From: Octopus sinensis
Lineage: Eukaryota
DNA: 64,000 bases
Direction of reading: 5' to 3'
Assembly: GCF_006345805.1 (NCBI RefSeq)
Contig: NC_043022.1
Location: 13,268,001 to 13,332,000, forward strand
Part shown: positions 15,675 to 29,857 of the stretch, piece after piece
How the letters are laid out: the number at the start of each line of letters is the position of its first letter
Position numbering within the stretch: position 1 is the stretch's first letter
Program-made: the position numbers and the translations under genes
Notes under the pieces: model-generated
The model's database searches: none
What the model was told of the DNA's origin: nothing
The model's input: the letters and a program-made list of their open reading frames with translations, nothing else

Positions 15675-15873
15675 ATATGAGAGCAAAATGTGTGTTAATA
15701 TATATATATATAGATATATATGAGAGCAAAATGTGTGTATGTATATATATAGATATATATGGAGAGCAAAATGTGTGTATAATATATATAGATATATATG
15801 AGAGCAATGTTTGTATATATATATAAGAGCAAAATGTGTGTATATATATATATGGGAGCAAAATGGTGTGGTG

Positions 15874-15907
<34 letters not shown>

Positions 15908-16177
15908 TCATATATGGAGGAGACAGAGAGATATGAAAGATGTCGACGTGGGTAAAATATCAGGCCACGCGATAAGAGTTTTGTTGGTAGTTCATTAGGT
16001 AAATGAGGCCTTGGAGATTTTTCATACTGGGTTAAGAACGTAGAAGTTGGCCATTAAAGTAATTTAGGGAGTCTGGACTGGGTTTAATGATGGCGGGTTT
16101 ATTGAATTGCAGAGAGGACAGACATTCCACACATATGTATAATATACACACATCCACATGTCTATATATATATATAT

Positions 16178-16224
<47 letters not shown>

Positions 16225-17735
16225 TATGCATGTGCGTGTGTGTGTATATATACAATATATATATATTTATACACACATTTCGGACAGTAATATGATGGCT
16301 ATACAATATGTTTTAATGACCCTATAGAACTTATACGCACACAGTACATAGATGAGTGTGTATTGTATATATATATATACAACACCATTTAATAGCAACA
16401 TTTTTTGTTATTAAAGCAAGTTAACCACACAACGCGTGTGTATATAAAATCTAGCTCAGGGGGACACACGTACACACACACACATATATATATATATTTG
16501 CATGTGACATGTCCCATATTATGAAGCCAGAAGACAGAGAAATAAGGTCTGGGGGGAAAATCACATGGCTAGTATATATGTGTGTGTGTGTGCAGTAGGG
16601 CACATGCTACACTCCCTCCCGACAACAATTATACCCGGGGTAGGACTAGGACTAGACTGAAAAGCCATTCAATGTCTCCCTACCGCCAATCAATGTCTCT
16701 CTGTCTCTCTCTACCTTTTACACATGGCCTCTAATCTAAAAGGCCTACGTGACTGACCAAAAGCTGTGGAAATAAGGACATATTTGACCGTCGGGTTTCT
16801 TGGTTATAAACAATAAAACTAGAAGGGGTTGAATGCTTATAATAGTGAATGGAGTTGGAAGATTGGGGAAAAGGAAAAATAAAAACGTGGCTGGAAATGA
16901 ATCGGAAGTGGGGAAACCTGATTATCATTACATATATATATTACAAATATAAATACATATTCATTATTGTATATCTGTGTGTGTGTGCATTGTTTCATAA
17001 CACTGCCATATGTACGTAATCACACATACATACAATGATTTTATTAGTGAATACATATGCAATATAGAACTGTGTGCGTGTATATATATATATATATATA
17101 TATATAAACACACAAACACACACACTATTCCTTCCCGGTTTGTCGAAATAATAATTTTCAGTGAACAAAGAGAGACGGGTTACTTCCTGACTGACCCCTC
17201 TAAACTAAAGGGGTAGGGCTCACTTCCTCAACTGGGATTGTAACGCCACAGGGGGTTGGCAAAAAGACAAAGGTCAAACAGGCAGGATACTATAAAACTA
17301 TAGAACCAAGGTGGAGGGGAGGGTCTAACACCAACTAATACTGTAACACTATAGAACCGAGAGGGGTCTTCTACGACATCAGGGTACTATGTTTATAGAA
17401 CAGAAGTGGGCTCTGCTATAAACTGGAATTATATACGACGAGGTAGCTGGTACCTATAGGTACCAAGGTACCCCTCGTAGTACATGGTACCAGAGGTCAG
17501 TTACGGGCAGGTGTTCTGTTAGAAACTATGACGATGGCTTAACTGGCCGAGACTTCGAAGTTACTGTCAATAAACATAGTTGTTTGAAAATATATGTATG
17601 TAGTAAAAGCACTGGGCAAGTATCTTATTACAAAATGGTACTTATAGGGCTACTGTATGCAAAAGGTCACTACCAATAAACGATTGGTACTATATGCATA
17701 TATATATATAACTATAGACACATATGTGAGCGTGT

Positions 17736-17770
<35 letters not shown>

Positions 17771-18462
17771 CACACACACTACACACGTGTGTAATACACA
17801 CACATAGATATATATCTACATATATATACATACACAAATAAAAAAAAAGCGATTCCCACCAAAATTCAAAACAAGCAAACTCCATATTTTGATTTGATAG
17901 TGTTGGTATATATATATATATACACACACACATATACGCATGTATATAATATAAATGCTTTCACTTGTGATATAAACTACATTATACACACACACAACAA
18001 TCATCACCTTGTTATACATACATACACACACATACATATACCACACGTGTACAGTTCACTTTAGGGTGTCCTTGGGAAAGGCATGAACATCACAACCATC
18101 CCTTTATTTTAAATATAACACCTTTTTCATACATACAGAAGGCAAACCATCATAGAAGGTACTTTAGCTGGGTATATATACACATATATATATAATGGAC
18201 ACCCCATAGAAATGTAGGGGTGTGTATATTTAGCATTAGAGGAAGCTGTCTAGGGTAGGTATATATAATACAAATTCATAGGTTTCGTTGACAAGGGTAT
18301 ATGTCGTAAATATATATGCATGTTCAGTTGGTGGGGGTGTATATGCTATAAATATATACATGCATGTTCAGTTTGAAAGAGTGTATATGCTATAAATATA
18401 CATTTATATTTAGTAGGCAGCGGAGTGTGTGGTGTGCAAATATATGTATATATATATATATA

Positions 18463-19683
18463 TGGCAGGTGTGTATATGATGTGTGAATGTTATATACCA
18501 AACCTATATACATATATTCATGTATATTGAGCTAACAGAGCTGTGTAAATATATACACGAATATATTAAGTTAGCAGAGGTGTAGATGGTGTATAAATAC
18601 ATATACCGGACCTAGATACATATATATGCATATATACTTAGATAGTGTGGGTATATATATGTATATATATTATATATATAAACCACGTCTATACATATAT
18701 GTCTGTAACTTACGCTAGCAGATGTGTATATGATGTAAATATACGTATGTATATTCAGTTGGCAGGGGATATATATGGTGTAAATACGAAATTATACGTG
18801 TATGTGCATGTATATTTATTTATATACACGTATGATTGTAGTAAGGGCTGGTGTTAATTAAGGAATTAAGGACTACAAAACATGTTTGTGTCTTGAAAAA
18901 CTTCTTAATCAATAATAACAGAGGGTAATTAAACCAAAAATAATTTTAAAAACCCTTAAAAATATATCTTAATTAACATTAATTAATAACAATAACAACA
19001 ATGGGCTGACTTAGGGAGATGCGAATCTATAATTAAGAAGGCAGACAGGGGTCAGTATATATATATATATTATATATATATATATATATATGGCAGGTGT
19101 GTATATGATGTGTGAATGTTATATACCAAACCTATATACATATATTCATGTATATTGAGCTAACAGAGCTGTGTAAATATATACACGAATATATTAAGTT
19201 AGCAGAGGTGTAGATGGTGTATAAATACATATACCGGACCTAGATACATATATATGCATATATACTTAGATAGTGTGGGTATATATATGTATATATATTA
19301 TATATATAAACCACGTCTATACATATATGTCTGTAACTTACGCTAGCAGATGTGTATATGATGTAAATATACGTATGTATATTCAGTTGGCAGGGGATAT
19401 ATATGGTGTAAATACGAAATTATACGTGTATGTGCATGTATATTTATTTATATACACGTATGATTGTAGTAAGGGCTGGTGTTAATTAAGGAATTAAGGA
19501 CTACAAAACATGTTTGTGTCTTGAAAAACTTCTTAATCAATAGTAACAGAGGGTAATTAAACCAAAAATAATTTTAAAAACCCTTAAAAATATATCTTAA
19601 TTAACATTAATTAATAACAATAACAACAATGGGCTGACTTAGGGAGATGCGAATCTATAATTAAGAAGGCAGACAGGGGTCAG
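18463..19683. repeat. Tandem duplication, 628-bp period
   Basis: Units are 18463-19055 and 19091-19683, joined by (TA)n. I noticed one substitution (aataataac/aatagtaac). Identical ORFs lie at 18645 and 19273. Confidence 0.95.
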
Positions 19684-19714
<31 letters not shown>

Positions 19715-20717
19715 GATGAAGGGGGAGGGCTGAGCAGGCCCAACACTTCGAAGTCACTGTCAACGCTCTTCTTGTTCGATAATAATATGTACTCTAGAGA
19801 AAAGTATTGAGTAATTTGCTCAATACTTTCAGGCTAATGTAAAACTGCTTAAAACTTGACATAAAAACAAACATTACAGATATATACACACAACTGTATG
19901 TATACATTCATATATACACACACACATATATATATACGCATACATCTACATACATATATATATATATGCTATATATACACATGCTTACATACATATATAC
20001 AGACTCTTGGTATACATATGTGTGTATATATACACTTAAGGTATTTTTGTAGGGCAATATAAAAAAGCTAAAGCTTGATTAGTATACATACATAAATAGG
20101 TGTATATATATGTATGTATGTATCAATACATATTGATATGGATAACAAATAATAATAACAATACTGTCTACATTGTTTTTGTAACATGGCAATAATTCTT
20201 TTTTTTTTGCTTCTATATATACATACATAACATACAGACATACATATATAAATGTGGTATATATACACATTACAGGTATATATATATATACATACACAGA
20301 CATACATATATAAATGTGGTATATATATATATATACATACATAACATACATAGACATACATATATAAATGTGGTATATATATATATACATAACATATAGA
20401 CATACATATATATACACACATTACATATAGACATACATATATATATATACACACATTACATATAGACATACATATATATATATATACACACATTACATAT
20501 ATATATATATACACATTACATATATATATATATATATATACACACATTACATATAGACATACATATATATACACACATTACAGGTATATATATATATCAT
20601 ACCTAACATACATAGACATACATATATAACTGTGTGTGTAAATATATACCCATTACAGGTATATATATATAGGTGTGTGTGGTGTGGTGTATGTGTTGAA
20701 GGGGGGAAAATACTTAC

Positions 20718-20800
20718 TTCTTGAAGTGTTCTGTGATTTTCTCCTTGGTAAGTTTCTCGGGTATGTTCCCAACCAGGAGATACCTCGTTTGCCGCACCAT
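20718..20800 (-). CDS. SPEN: SPEN/SHARP/MINT (split ends) orthologue, first coding exon (N-terminal half of RRM1)
   Basis: The minus strand reads ATG GTG CGG CAA ACG AGG TAT CTC CTG GTT GGG AAC ATA CCC GAG ... CAC TTC AAG AA|gtaagta, giving MVRQTRYLLVGNIPEKLTKEKITEHFK(K). The vertebrate SPEN N-terminus, recalled from memory, is MVRETRHLWVGNLPENVREEKIIEHFKR (~18/28 identical). The exon is 83 coding nt with a canonical phase-2 GTAAGT donor. Confidence 0.92.
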
Positions 20801-20927
20801 CTCTTTCCGCAAACTTCACTACATGATGCATTTACATGGCCATAGACGACAATAATAATAACAACAACAACAGTAGTAGTAATGATAACACTCGGTGGTG
20901 ATAGTAGTAATAATGATAGTAGTAATG

Positions 20928-20967
<40 letters not shown>

Positions 20968-23400
20968 TAGTCGACCACGATGCTGATGCTGCTGTTGTTG
21001 ATGATGATGATGCTGATGCTGATGGTGATGGTGTGGTGGTGTTAATAAAGATGATATTAATAACAATATTGATAGTAATAATGATAATAATAATAATGGT
21101 AATACTACCACTACTGCTACTACTACTACGTGTAATGATGATGATAATAATAATGATGGTTTTTTTTTTTTGGTGGTGGTGTTGTTGTTGTTGTTGTTAT
21201 TAATAATAATAATGGTGTGTGGCGGCGCGTGTGTGTGTGTGTATGTATATAATATATATTTAAAGTAAAAAGAAGACACACCACTACTACCACGGCGGCG
21301 ACGGCGGCAATAATGATGATGATGGTGGTAGTGGTAGTAGTAGTGGTAGTAATAATGCTGGTGTGCTTTAGTAGTGATAGTAATAAATGGGTAGTAGAAA
21401 TAGTAGCGGCGACGACGACGAGGGCGACGACGGTGGTGGTGGGAGAAGCGACGGCGACGGCGGTAGAAGTGGTGGTGGTGGCGGCGGTCGGTGTTTTTGT
21501 GTTGTTAATGGAAGCGACGGCGGAGTTGTTGGTGCCGGCGGTGGTGGTGGTGGCAGTAGAAGTAAATAGTGGTGGTGAGGGTGGTGGTGGTGGTGGTAGA
21601 AGTAATAGTGGTGGTGGTGGGGGTGATGATAATGATAATAATGATGATGATGACGGTGGTGGTGATGATGATGATGATGGTGATGATGATAAATGATGGA
21701 TAATAATAATAATAATAATAATAACAACAACAACTTTGCTCACTAGCTGTAGTAGGTGCTCTACTAAGCTAGCTAAGCTAAGCTGGCTGGATGGATTGGA
21801 GGGATGGCTGAATGACGGGTTGGTTGGTTGGCGGCTTTCTCATACACACACGCGAAACACGCACGCACACATACGCACGAACGGTTACGCACATACGCAC
21901 GCTAACGCACACATACGCATACAGGCACACGCACGCACGCACGCACGCACATATGCCGTACGCACACACACCGTACGCACACACACACACACACGTATCT
22001 ACACGTACACATACATAGGCTGGCTGACTGACAGGCTGGCTGGCTGCCTGACTGGCTAACTGGTCTGATGATGGCGGCGGCGGCGACGGCGCGGAAGGTG
22101 GCGTGACAGTGGTGGTGGTGGTGGTGGTAGTGGTGGCGGCGGTAATAGTGTGAGTGTGGTGTGTGTGGCGTGATTAAGGCGGTGGTGGTGGTGGTGGTGG
22201 AGGGGGACACGGCGGCAAAACGATAGTAATGCTAGTAGTAGTGGTAGTAGTCGTGGTGGTAGTAGTAGTAGTAATAACAATAGTAGTACGTATAGTAATT
22301 GTAATAGTAGTGGTAGTAATAGAAAAAAAGCCTGGCTTATTAGTAATAGCGGCGGCGGCGAAGGGGAGGGAGGTGGTGGGGGGAGAGTAATAGTACTGCT
22401 GCCAGCAATTATAGTAGTGGTAGTAGTAGTAGCGGTAGTAGTGGTGGTAGTAGTAGTAGCACCAGTTGGTATTTCCAGTACAAGCGGCAGTAGTAGTAGT
22501 AGTAGTAGTTGTAGTTATGTGACTAGTAGTAGTAGTTGTGGTGGTGGTGGTGGTGGTAATAGTGAGACAGGGGCCATTGGAGGGGGAGAGGATGTCCGTA
22601 GCTTTATTTATTTTTCTCTGGCCATCATTCCATCCATTTCTCTCTCTCTCTCTTTCTCTCTCTCTCTTTCTCTCCCTCCCTTTCTGTCTTTCTCTCTCTC
22701 TCTCCCTCCTTTCTGTCTTTCTCTCTCTCTCCCTCCCTTTCTGTCTTTTTCTCTCTCTCTCTCACTTTCCTGACATACTTTCTCTCTATCCTCAGCTTTC
22801 TTTCCCCTCTTTAATTTACGCGCGTTCGTTCCTCACTCATTCTCACTCCCCGTCTTTCTTTTCCCCCTCAACATCTACCTGCTCCTCTTTCTCTCTCTCT
22901 CTCTCTCTTTATTTTACTCTCCCTTACTCTTTCACATTCTATTTATCCACCTATCTTTCTCTCTGTCTCTCTCTTTCTACTTTCTCTTACTATTTCACCA
23001 TCCATCCATCCTCTCTCTCTCTCTCTCTCTGTTTTACTCTGTCTCTCTTTCCTCTTACCCCTTCTCTATCACAACTTTGCGTTCCCCATCCCCATCCACC
23101 TCCACACCACCACAACAGTACATCTTCCTGTTCCTCTATTTTACTTCTCAAGCGCTCCTCTCTCACTTACACTCACTCACTCACTCACTCTCCCCCTCTC
23201 TATTCCCATGTACCCCACACCCTCGCTCCCCACACACTGACACAATAAGTCTACATTCTCCTCATCCTCCTACCTACTCTATACTTTATACCTCTCTTCC
23301 ATACACTTTCCTCCTCCCCCTCTCAATCTACTGTTTCTCCCTCTTTCTCTCTCCATTACATTTGTCCGTGTTCTTTTCCTCACAGGCTAATGGATTCGCT
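20801..23400 (-). promoter_or_regulatory. Probable SPEN 5' leader and promoter region
   Basis: Lies directly upstream of the SPEN ATG. It is locally CpG-rich (ggcggcg, gacgacg), with mixed trinucleotide repeats followed by a long CT/GA tract. The TSS cannot be determined. Confidence 0.45.
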
Positions 23401-23699
23401 AGCCTCTTGCCATTTCTAACCAACAATACACAGACATTATATCTAATACATATGTATACGTATACTGTCTATATACTGCTAACTTGTATATATATACATA
23501 GCCAATATATAAAGATATACACATTTTATATATCTGTATTACATATATATATATATGCTAATTTGAAGGAAAGTTTTATATATATTATATAGAGAATGTG
23601 TACATATATATATATATTATATATATACATGCATATATATATATATTATATATATATATATATTATATATATATATATATATATACATACATATATATA

Positions 23700-23750
<51 letters not shown>

Positions 23751-23785
23751 CATATATATATATATGCTAATTTGAAGGAAAGTTT

Positions 23786-23816
<31 letters not shown>

Positions 23817-24401
23817 GGATGGCTACATATATATGGATATATGCTAATTTGAAGGAAAGTTTTATGCCTATCTTTCAAATTAATATACTTATGAGTGTGT
23901 ATATATATGTATTTATATCCACACAAGTTTTCATTTACTTTGAAGTGTGTATTTATAAATTATAATACATAAATCCATATACTTATGTGTGTGTGTGTAT
24001 ATGTATATATAGACATGCATGCATACGTATACATAGACGCATATATATGCATCATTGTGTGTGTATACATAAGTATATATAAGTGAGACAAAACAATGTT
24101 TTCCACTTATTCTATATACACACGCTCCCACAAGCTGTGTAATATAGACATATACATATCTATGCAAAAACATAGGTATTTATATGTCCTATGTATTTCT
24201 ACCCTTCTGGTGCTTTTGCGTACACAGTATATAGACTTATGTGCATGTATATATATATATATATATACATACATACATTTGTTTGTGTATGTCTATTATA
24301 TATATATACATGTGTTTGTGTATGTATATTATATATATACATACATGTGTTTGTGTATGTATATTATATATATATATATACATGTGTTTGTGTATGTATA
24401 T

Positions 24402-24460
<59 letters not shown>

Positions 24461-24664
24461 GATCTCCTATAGATGCTTACAATATTTTCTCTAAATTCCT
24501 ATTTCCCAAATGAAGAGCTCGATACGCTGGTAATATTTTAACCATTACATTTTTCTTTCAGTAAACTTAACACATTTGCGATCAAAATCGCACAAAATAG
24601 AGACAGTAAAAATTTTTATTTCCAAATCATATTATATTTTATATATGTATATATATATATATGC

Positions 24665-24970
24665 AAAGGCGTGGCTATGTAGTAACGAGTTTCTTTTCCA
24701 ACCACATGGTTCGGAGTTCAGTCCCACTGCATGGCACCTTGGACAACCTACCTTCGAATAAAGCCTTGCGAGTGAATTCGATAGACGAAAACTGAAAGAA
24801 GCCCGTAGTGTATGTGTGTGTGTATTCCCCACAAAAGCTTGACAACCGGTGTCGGTTTGTTTACGGCCTCGATAGAATGAGTACCAGGCTGAAGAAAGGA
24901 TTAAAAACTCTTCAAAGTGGTGCCCCAGCATGGCCACATTCTAATAATTGAAACAGGTAATAGCTAAAAG
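24665..24970 (+). mobile_element. SINE family 1, diverged
   Basis: Contains ggcgtggctatgtagtaa..gttcagtcccactgcatggcacc..cagcatggccac. Confidence 0.8.
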
Positions 24971-25534
24971 CTAAAAGGTATCTCACAGCCTGTGTGTGTG
25001 TTTATGTCTCCAAGCGTGACCTTATGATATATACACACATATACACTCACTCGTATACATGACGACAATCGCTGTCTTTGGAGGAGAGAGAAAAAATATA
25101 TAATAAAAATATCTCGCCACTCAATGGAAGGAATATTTAAAGACCTACCTACCTACCTATCCAGTTACCTAATAATCGATTCCTTTAGATATCAGAAAAT
25201 CAAGATTTTCAGATCTGTTTGTCCTTTAGTATAATATCTCTACTTGCCTATATACATATATGCAGATATACTTATATGTATATATATATATATAGAAAGA
25301 GAGAAAAATAAATAGATATATACATACATATATATATGTAAATTTATAAACAACAAAAATTTATATATATATATAAGCAGACAGAAAAATTTATTGGTAT
25401 TATATATCATATACTATTTTTATATGTAGAAAAAATAATATATATATATATATATATATATTTAAAAAATTTTCCCTTGTGAGGTGTTTTTATCTACTTG
25501 ATAAATTCTTATAAAGATTTTATATATATTATAT

Positions 25535-25775
25535 ATATACACTACATATATCAGTATATATTAGTATATATATATACACTACATATATCAGTATATATTA
25601 GTATATATATATATATATATATATATACACTACATACATCAGTATATATTAGTATATATATATATATACACTACATATATCAGTATATATTAGTATATAT
25701 ATATATATACACTATATACATCAGTATCTATTAGTTATATATATATACACTACATACATCAGTATCTATTAGTGT
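25535..25775. repeat. Minisatellite with unit atacactacata(t/c)atcagtat(a/c)tattagt(at)n, ~6 units (similar TA-derived arrays at 15675-15865, 20215-20660, 24275-24410)
   Basis: Direct inspection of the repeat units. Confidence 0.9.
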
Positions 25776-27477
25776 ATATCTCTATGTACATAAATTTATA
25801 TGTCATCTCTGACAATATTCCTGTCTATTCGTTACTTTAAGTCTAATGGTACATTTTTCTATGTCCATTACAACAGCTCTGTATTGCATCTGTTATGAAC
25901 TCAATTAGAATATCTGCTTCTACTGAAGTATTTATTTTTACATCACTATATATTTCTACCTATCCATCTATCTAAAACACTATACATGTATGTATGTGTG
26001 TGAACATATATGTTTCAATATCTTACTATCCATTAGCTTATATCTATTCTATGAATATATATATATATGTGTATATATTACTTTCACTCTGATAGTTTTT
26101 CGTCTTAAACCTCTTTGAAACTTTTTCTCTTGTGACTTCACCCAAAGTTTATGTATGTATGTTTATATACACACTTACATACATACACACACACATAGAT
26201 AGATACACACACACACACACAAACATATATATATATATATACATACATCAAAGGGTTAATATATAAGATCCAAGGATCCTTAAACCTATATGTATAATAT
26301 ATATAATGTATATACATATGTGTATATATATATATGTATGTATATACATGTGTATGTATATATAGGTATGTTCATATGTATATGTGTGTGTATATTATAT
26401 ATGTATATATATACATATATATATATGTATATGTATATGATGTATATATATATTATTATATATATTATATATAATATATATATATATATATAATATATAT
26501 ATATATATATGTATATGAAAAAATACATATATAGTATGTGGGAGTCTTCACATTTCCCGTCTGGTCCTGATCCTATATACTATCACGCACTCATACACAC
26601 ACAAACGCGCCGAGTGGGATCGAACGACGAAACCACATGGTCGCAAAAGTTAAAACTTTGAGCAAACCACACACACACACAGAGCCGCCAAGCCAAGTCC
26701 GCGCCTTTTCTTCTACATAAAGTCATAAGAGAGAGAGAGAGAGGACACTGCTGCGAAGCGAGCCACTGTTACGTTCGCCTGACCTGCTATACAACACTGC
26801 CAATTTCCCCTCAAATCACACAGCCTTACTATCTGGAAGAAAAAAGGCTATGATTACATTTTAATAATGTAGTCCTAGATACACAACGTCAGAAATTAAA
26901 AATGGCAGGTCAGGACTGACTCAGGGCTAAATACCAGATAGCTGCATGTGTGTGAGTGTGCCTATCTCTCTCTCTCTTTCTCTCTTATTACTCTTTTACT
27001 CTTTCTCTTTCTATTATAGCGTTCTTTCTCTTTCTTCTCTTTCCTTTTATATTTATTTCTCTCTCTCTCTCTCTCTATGTCTTTTACTTGCTTTCTTTTT
27101 TACTCTCTACTTCACCCTCTTTCTGTCTCTCTCTCTCTATGTCTTTTACTTGCTTTCTTTTTCTGTCTCTCTCTCTCTCTCTATCACCTTCTCTATATAA
27201 ATAGCCACGTTTCCTTTTCTTTCTCCCCTTTCACACACACATACACGCATGCACACACACATACGCACATACACGCACGCACACACACACAGAAGCACAA
27301 CCTTCTCTTCGTCATTCTTCGGTAAACACTCACACCACCACCACCCACTCGACCGCACCACCACCACCACTTCTTTTATTTTTTTTCTTTTACTCTTTAC
27401 ACTTTGCCTCACCCCCCTCCCCTCTCTCCATTCTCTTTTCTCTCCTCCTCCGTCTCCTCTGCTTGGCCCGAGTGTCG

Positions 27478-27485
27478 TGACGTCA
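27478..27485. promoter_or_regulatory. Full CRE (CREB/ATF) palindrome TGACGTCA in a GC-rich island
   Basis: The sequence ggcccgagtgtcgTGACGTCAtaggctacggc lies between a CT tract and a GA tract, midway between the two divergent genes. Confidence 0.4.
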
Positions 27486-29173
27486 TAGGCTACGGCAGGC
27501 AAGCAGGAGGAGGAGGAAGAGGAGAGAGAAGAGAAGAGAAAGAGAGGGGAGGGGCGAAGATGAAAGAGTGAAATAAAGGTGACGGTGGCGATGGTGGTGG
27601 TGGTGGTGTGCATCTCATTTCAATGCACATCGCTCTTCTCCCGCCATTGACCTACTTCTGTCTGTGTGTGTGTGTGTGTCTGTGTGTTTGTAAGAAAGGA
27701 AGGAAAGGTTCAAAGCAGGAGGCTTGAAACCGTCATCAACCGAACCAAAACCAACCACACAACATACATACATACGGTAGCAAAGCCAGCAGAACAAACA
27801 CAATAACACATTTAACTAATGCCAAACGGGGGAGCCCTCTCTCTGCGTTATGTGGACTCGCTTGGTGTGCTAGAAATAGCAACTAAGATAACCGTCATTT
27901 CTCACACACACTGGATGATTGTAGTCCTAGATACACTTAGGTTTCTGTATAAAAAGTGATTTATCACAGGAAGAACGTTTCTTTGATCAGGCCTGACCTA
28001 GGGTTCAGCAATACATTTAGCTGAGACTACTAAAGTATGATTATTGCTAACATATTTCACTGAAACATCATTTCCTCCATGTGTGTGTGTCAGTTTATAT
28101 GTATGTGTGTATATATATATATATATATACAATATGTGTATATGATATACTATAAATATAGTTATATATAAGTATATTATACTTGATATATATATAAGTA
28201 TATATAATATATATATAGATAAGTATATACTTATATATATAAGTATATACTTGCTATATATATATATATATATATATACTTATATATATATATAATATAT
28301 AATACTTATAAGTATATATATACTTATATATATATAAGTACATGTATATGATGACTACACCGATTATATATATAAATATACGTGTAGTTATATAGTTACA
28401 CATATTGTATATATATTACCAATGTGTAGCTATATAACCACGTATATTCATATACATAATCGTGTAGTCATCATATGTACATGTGCTTACATATATGTAT
28501 GTACATTTCTATATTTTATATATCTATATAAATATATATATATATGGTATTATATTATATATATGTAGATAGGTTAAAAATCCAAGCTGTTGTCCTCTTC
28601 GAAACGCATCTCCTAATTCCAGTATTCCAAATCTGTTCTGTAGATTTTCATATTTGTGTGAGGTATGGTGAATAAGAGTTGAAAATACTGGAAAATATCT
28701 TCTCCGGTGTAATATCAAAACAGGAAATTGAAAAATTTTAATAATTCAAAAAGATTTTCCAATCTCCTGTTTAGAATATACGTATTTTGAAATATATTAT
28801 AAGCTTTTCACCATATATACATATTATATATATATATATATTGATAATAGCAAACAGTCTAATAATTGAGGGGAGGGGCAATATTCTCTATATTGCCCCA
28901 GTATTAGACTATTTTCTATAGTCAATATGTATGGTGAAAACTAATAATTCCATTCGTTACCGTTTAATTTACGCATATACGTCTGTTTTTTCGTTTCAGC
29001 CCATGCTGGGGCACCGAAGATGTAACTCAAATTACCTGACATAAACAGGAATGACTTGAGATGAAGCATTTCTTACAATGTACCAAATACTAAGTACATT
29101 AGTACGAAACTCCGGACGCCTTGAGTCACTCGTGATTTTCTCACGTAAAAGATTATTCACAATATCCACGCGC

Positions 29174-29223
<50 letters not shown>

Positions 29224-29584
29224 ATATCATAATATATATAATATATATATATATATTATATATATATATATATACATAATATATATATATTGGCAATTAT
29301 ATATATATATAATATATAAATATGATAATATATATATATGTTATATTATATATATACACATATGTATATATGTATATGTATATATAGTTTCTGATGATAG
29401 TGTTGAAAGCGCTTAAATATGTGATATGTAAATAAATATATATTTTTTTTTTATATACAACATCAAGCATTCTGAACGCCTTTTTCTTTCATATATATAC
29501 ATATATATATATATTATATATATATATATATATTATATATATATATATATAATGTAATATATATGTATAGATATATGTATATAT

Positions 29585-29664
<80 letters not shown>

Positions 29665-29814
29665 TATATATATAATATATTATATATATATATATATATA
29701 ATATATGAGATACGGCGGTGCATTAGCATGGCCGCAGCTCTGAGCTGAAGAAAAAATATATATATATAACACACACATATATATACATGTATGTTGTATA
29801 TATATATGTATGTT

Positions 29815-29857
<43 letters not shown>

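Noticed and set aside
10870-16310. Long ORFs rich in Y/I/H/T/C/V (e.g. 11764-12525, 12806-13435, 13476-14189)
   Set aside because: They are translations of (TA)n, (CA)n and (GATA)n repeats with no domain motifs. The same applies to most ORFs in the track.
20547-21279. ORFs 20547-20831 and 20653-21279 (-)
   Set aside because: They are wrong-frame readings across the SPEN exon and its repeats.
27867-27883. GCTAGAAATAGCAA identical to part of the Cas9 sgRNA scaffold
   Set aside because: It is only a short match inside an endogenous multi-copy repeat, and the rest of the scaffold is absent.
29050-29125. gagatga..hairpin..gaaactccgg as a hammerhead
   Set aside because: The core lacks CUGA and UH, and stem I cannot be formed convincingly.
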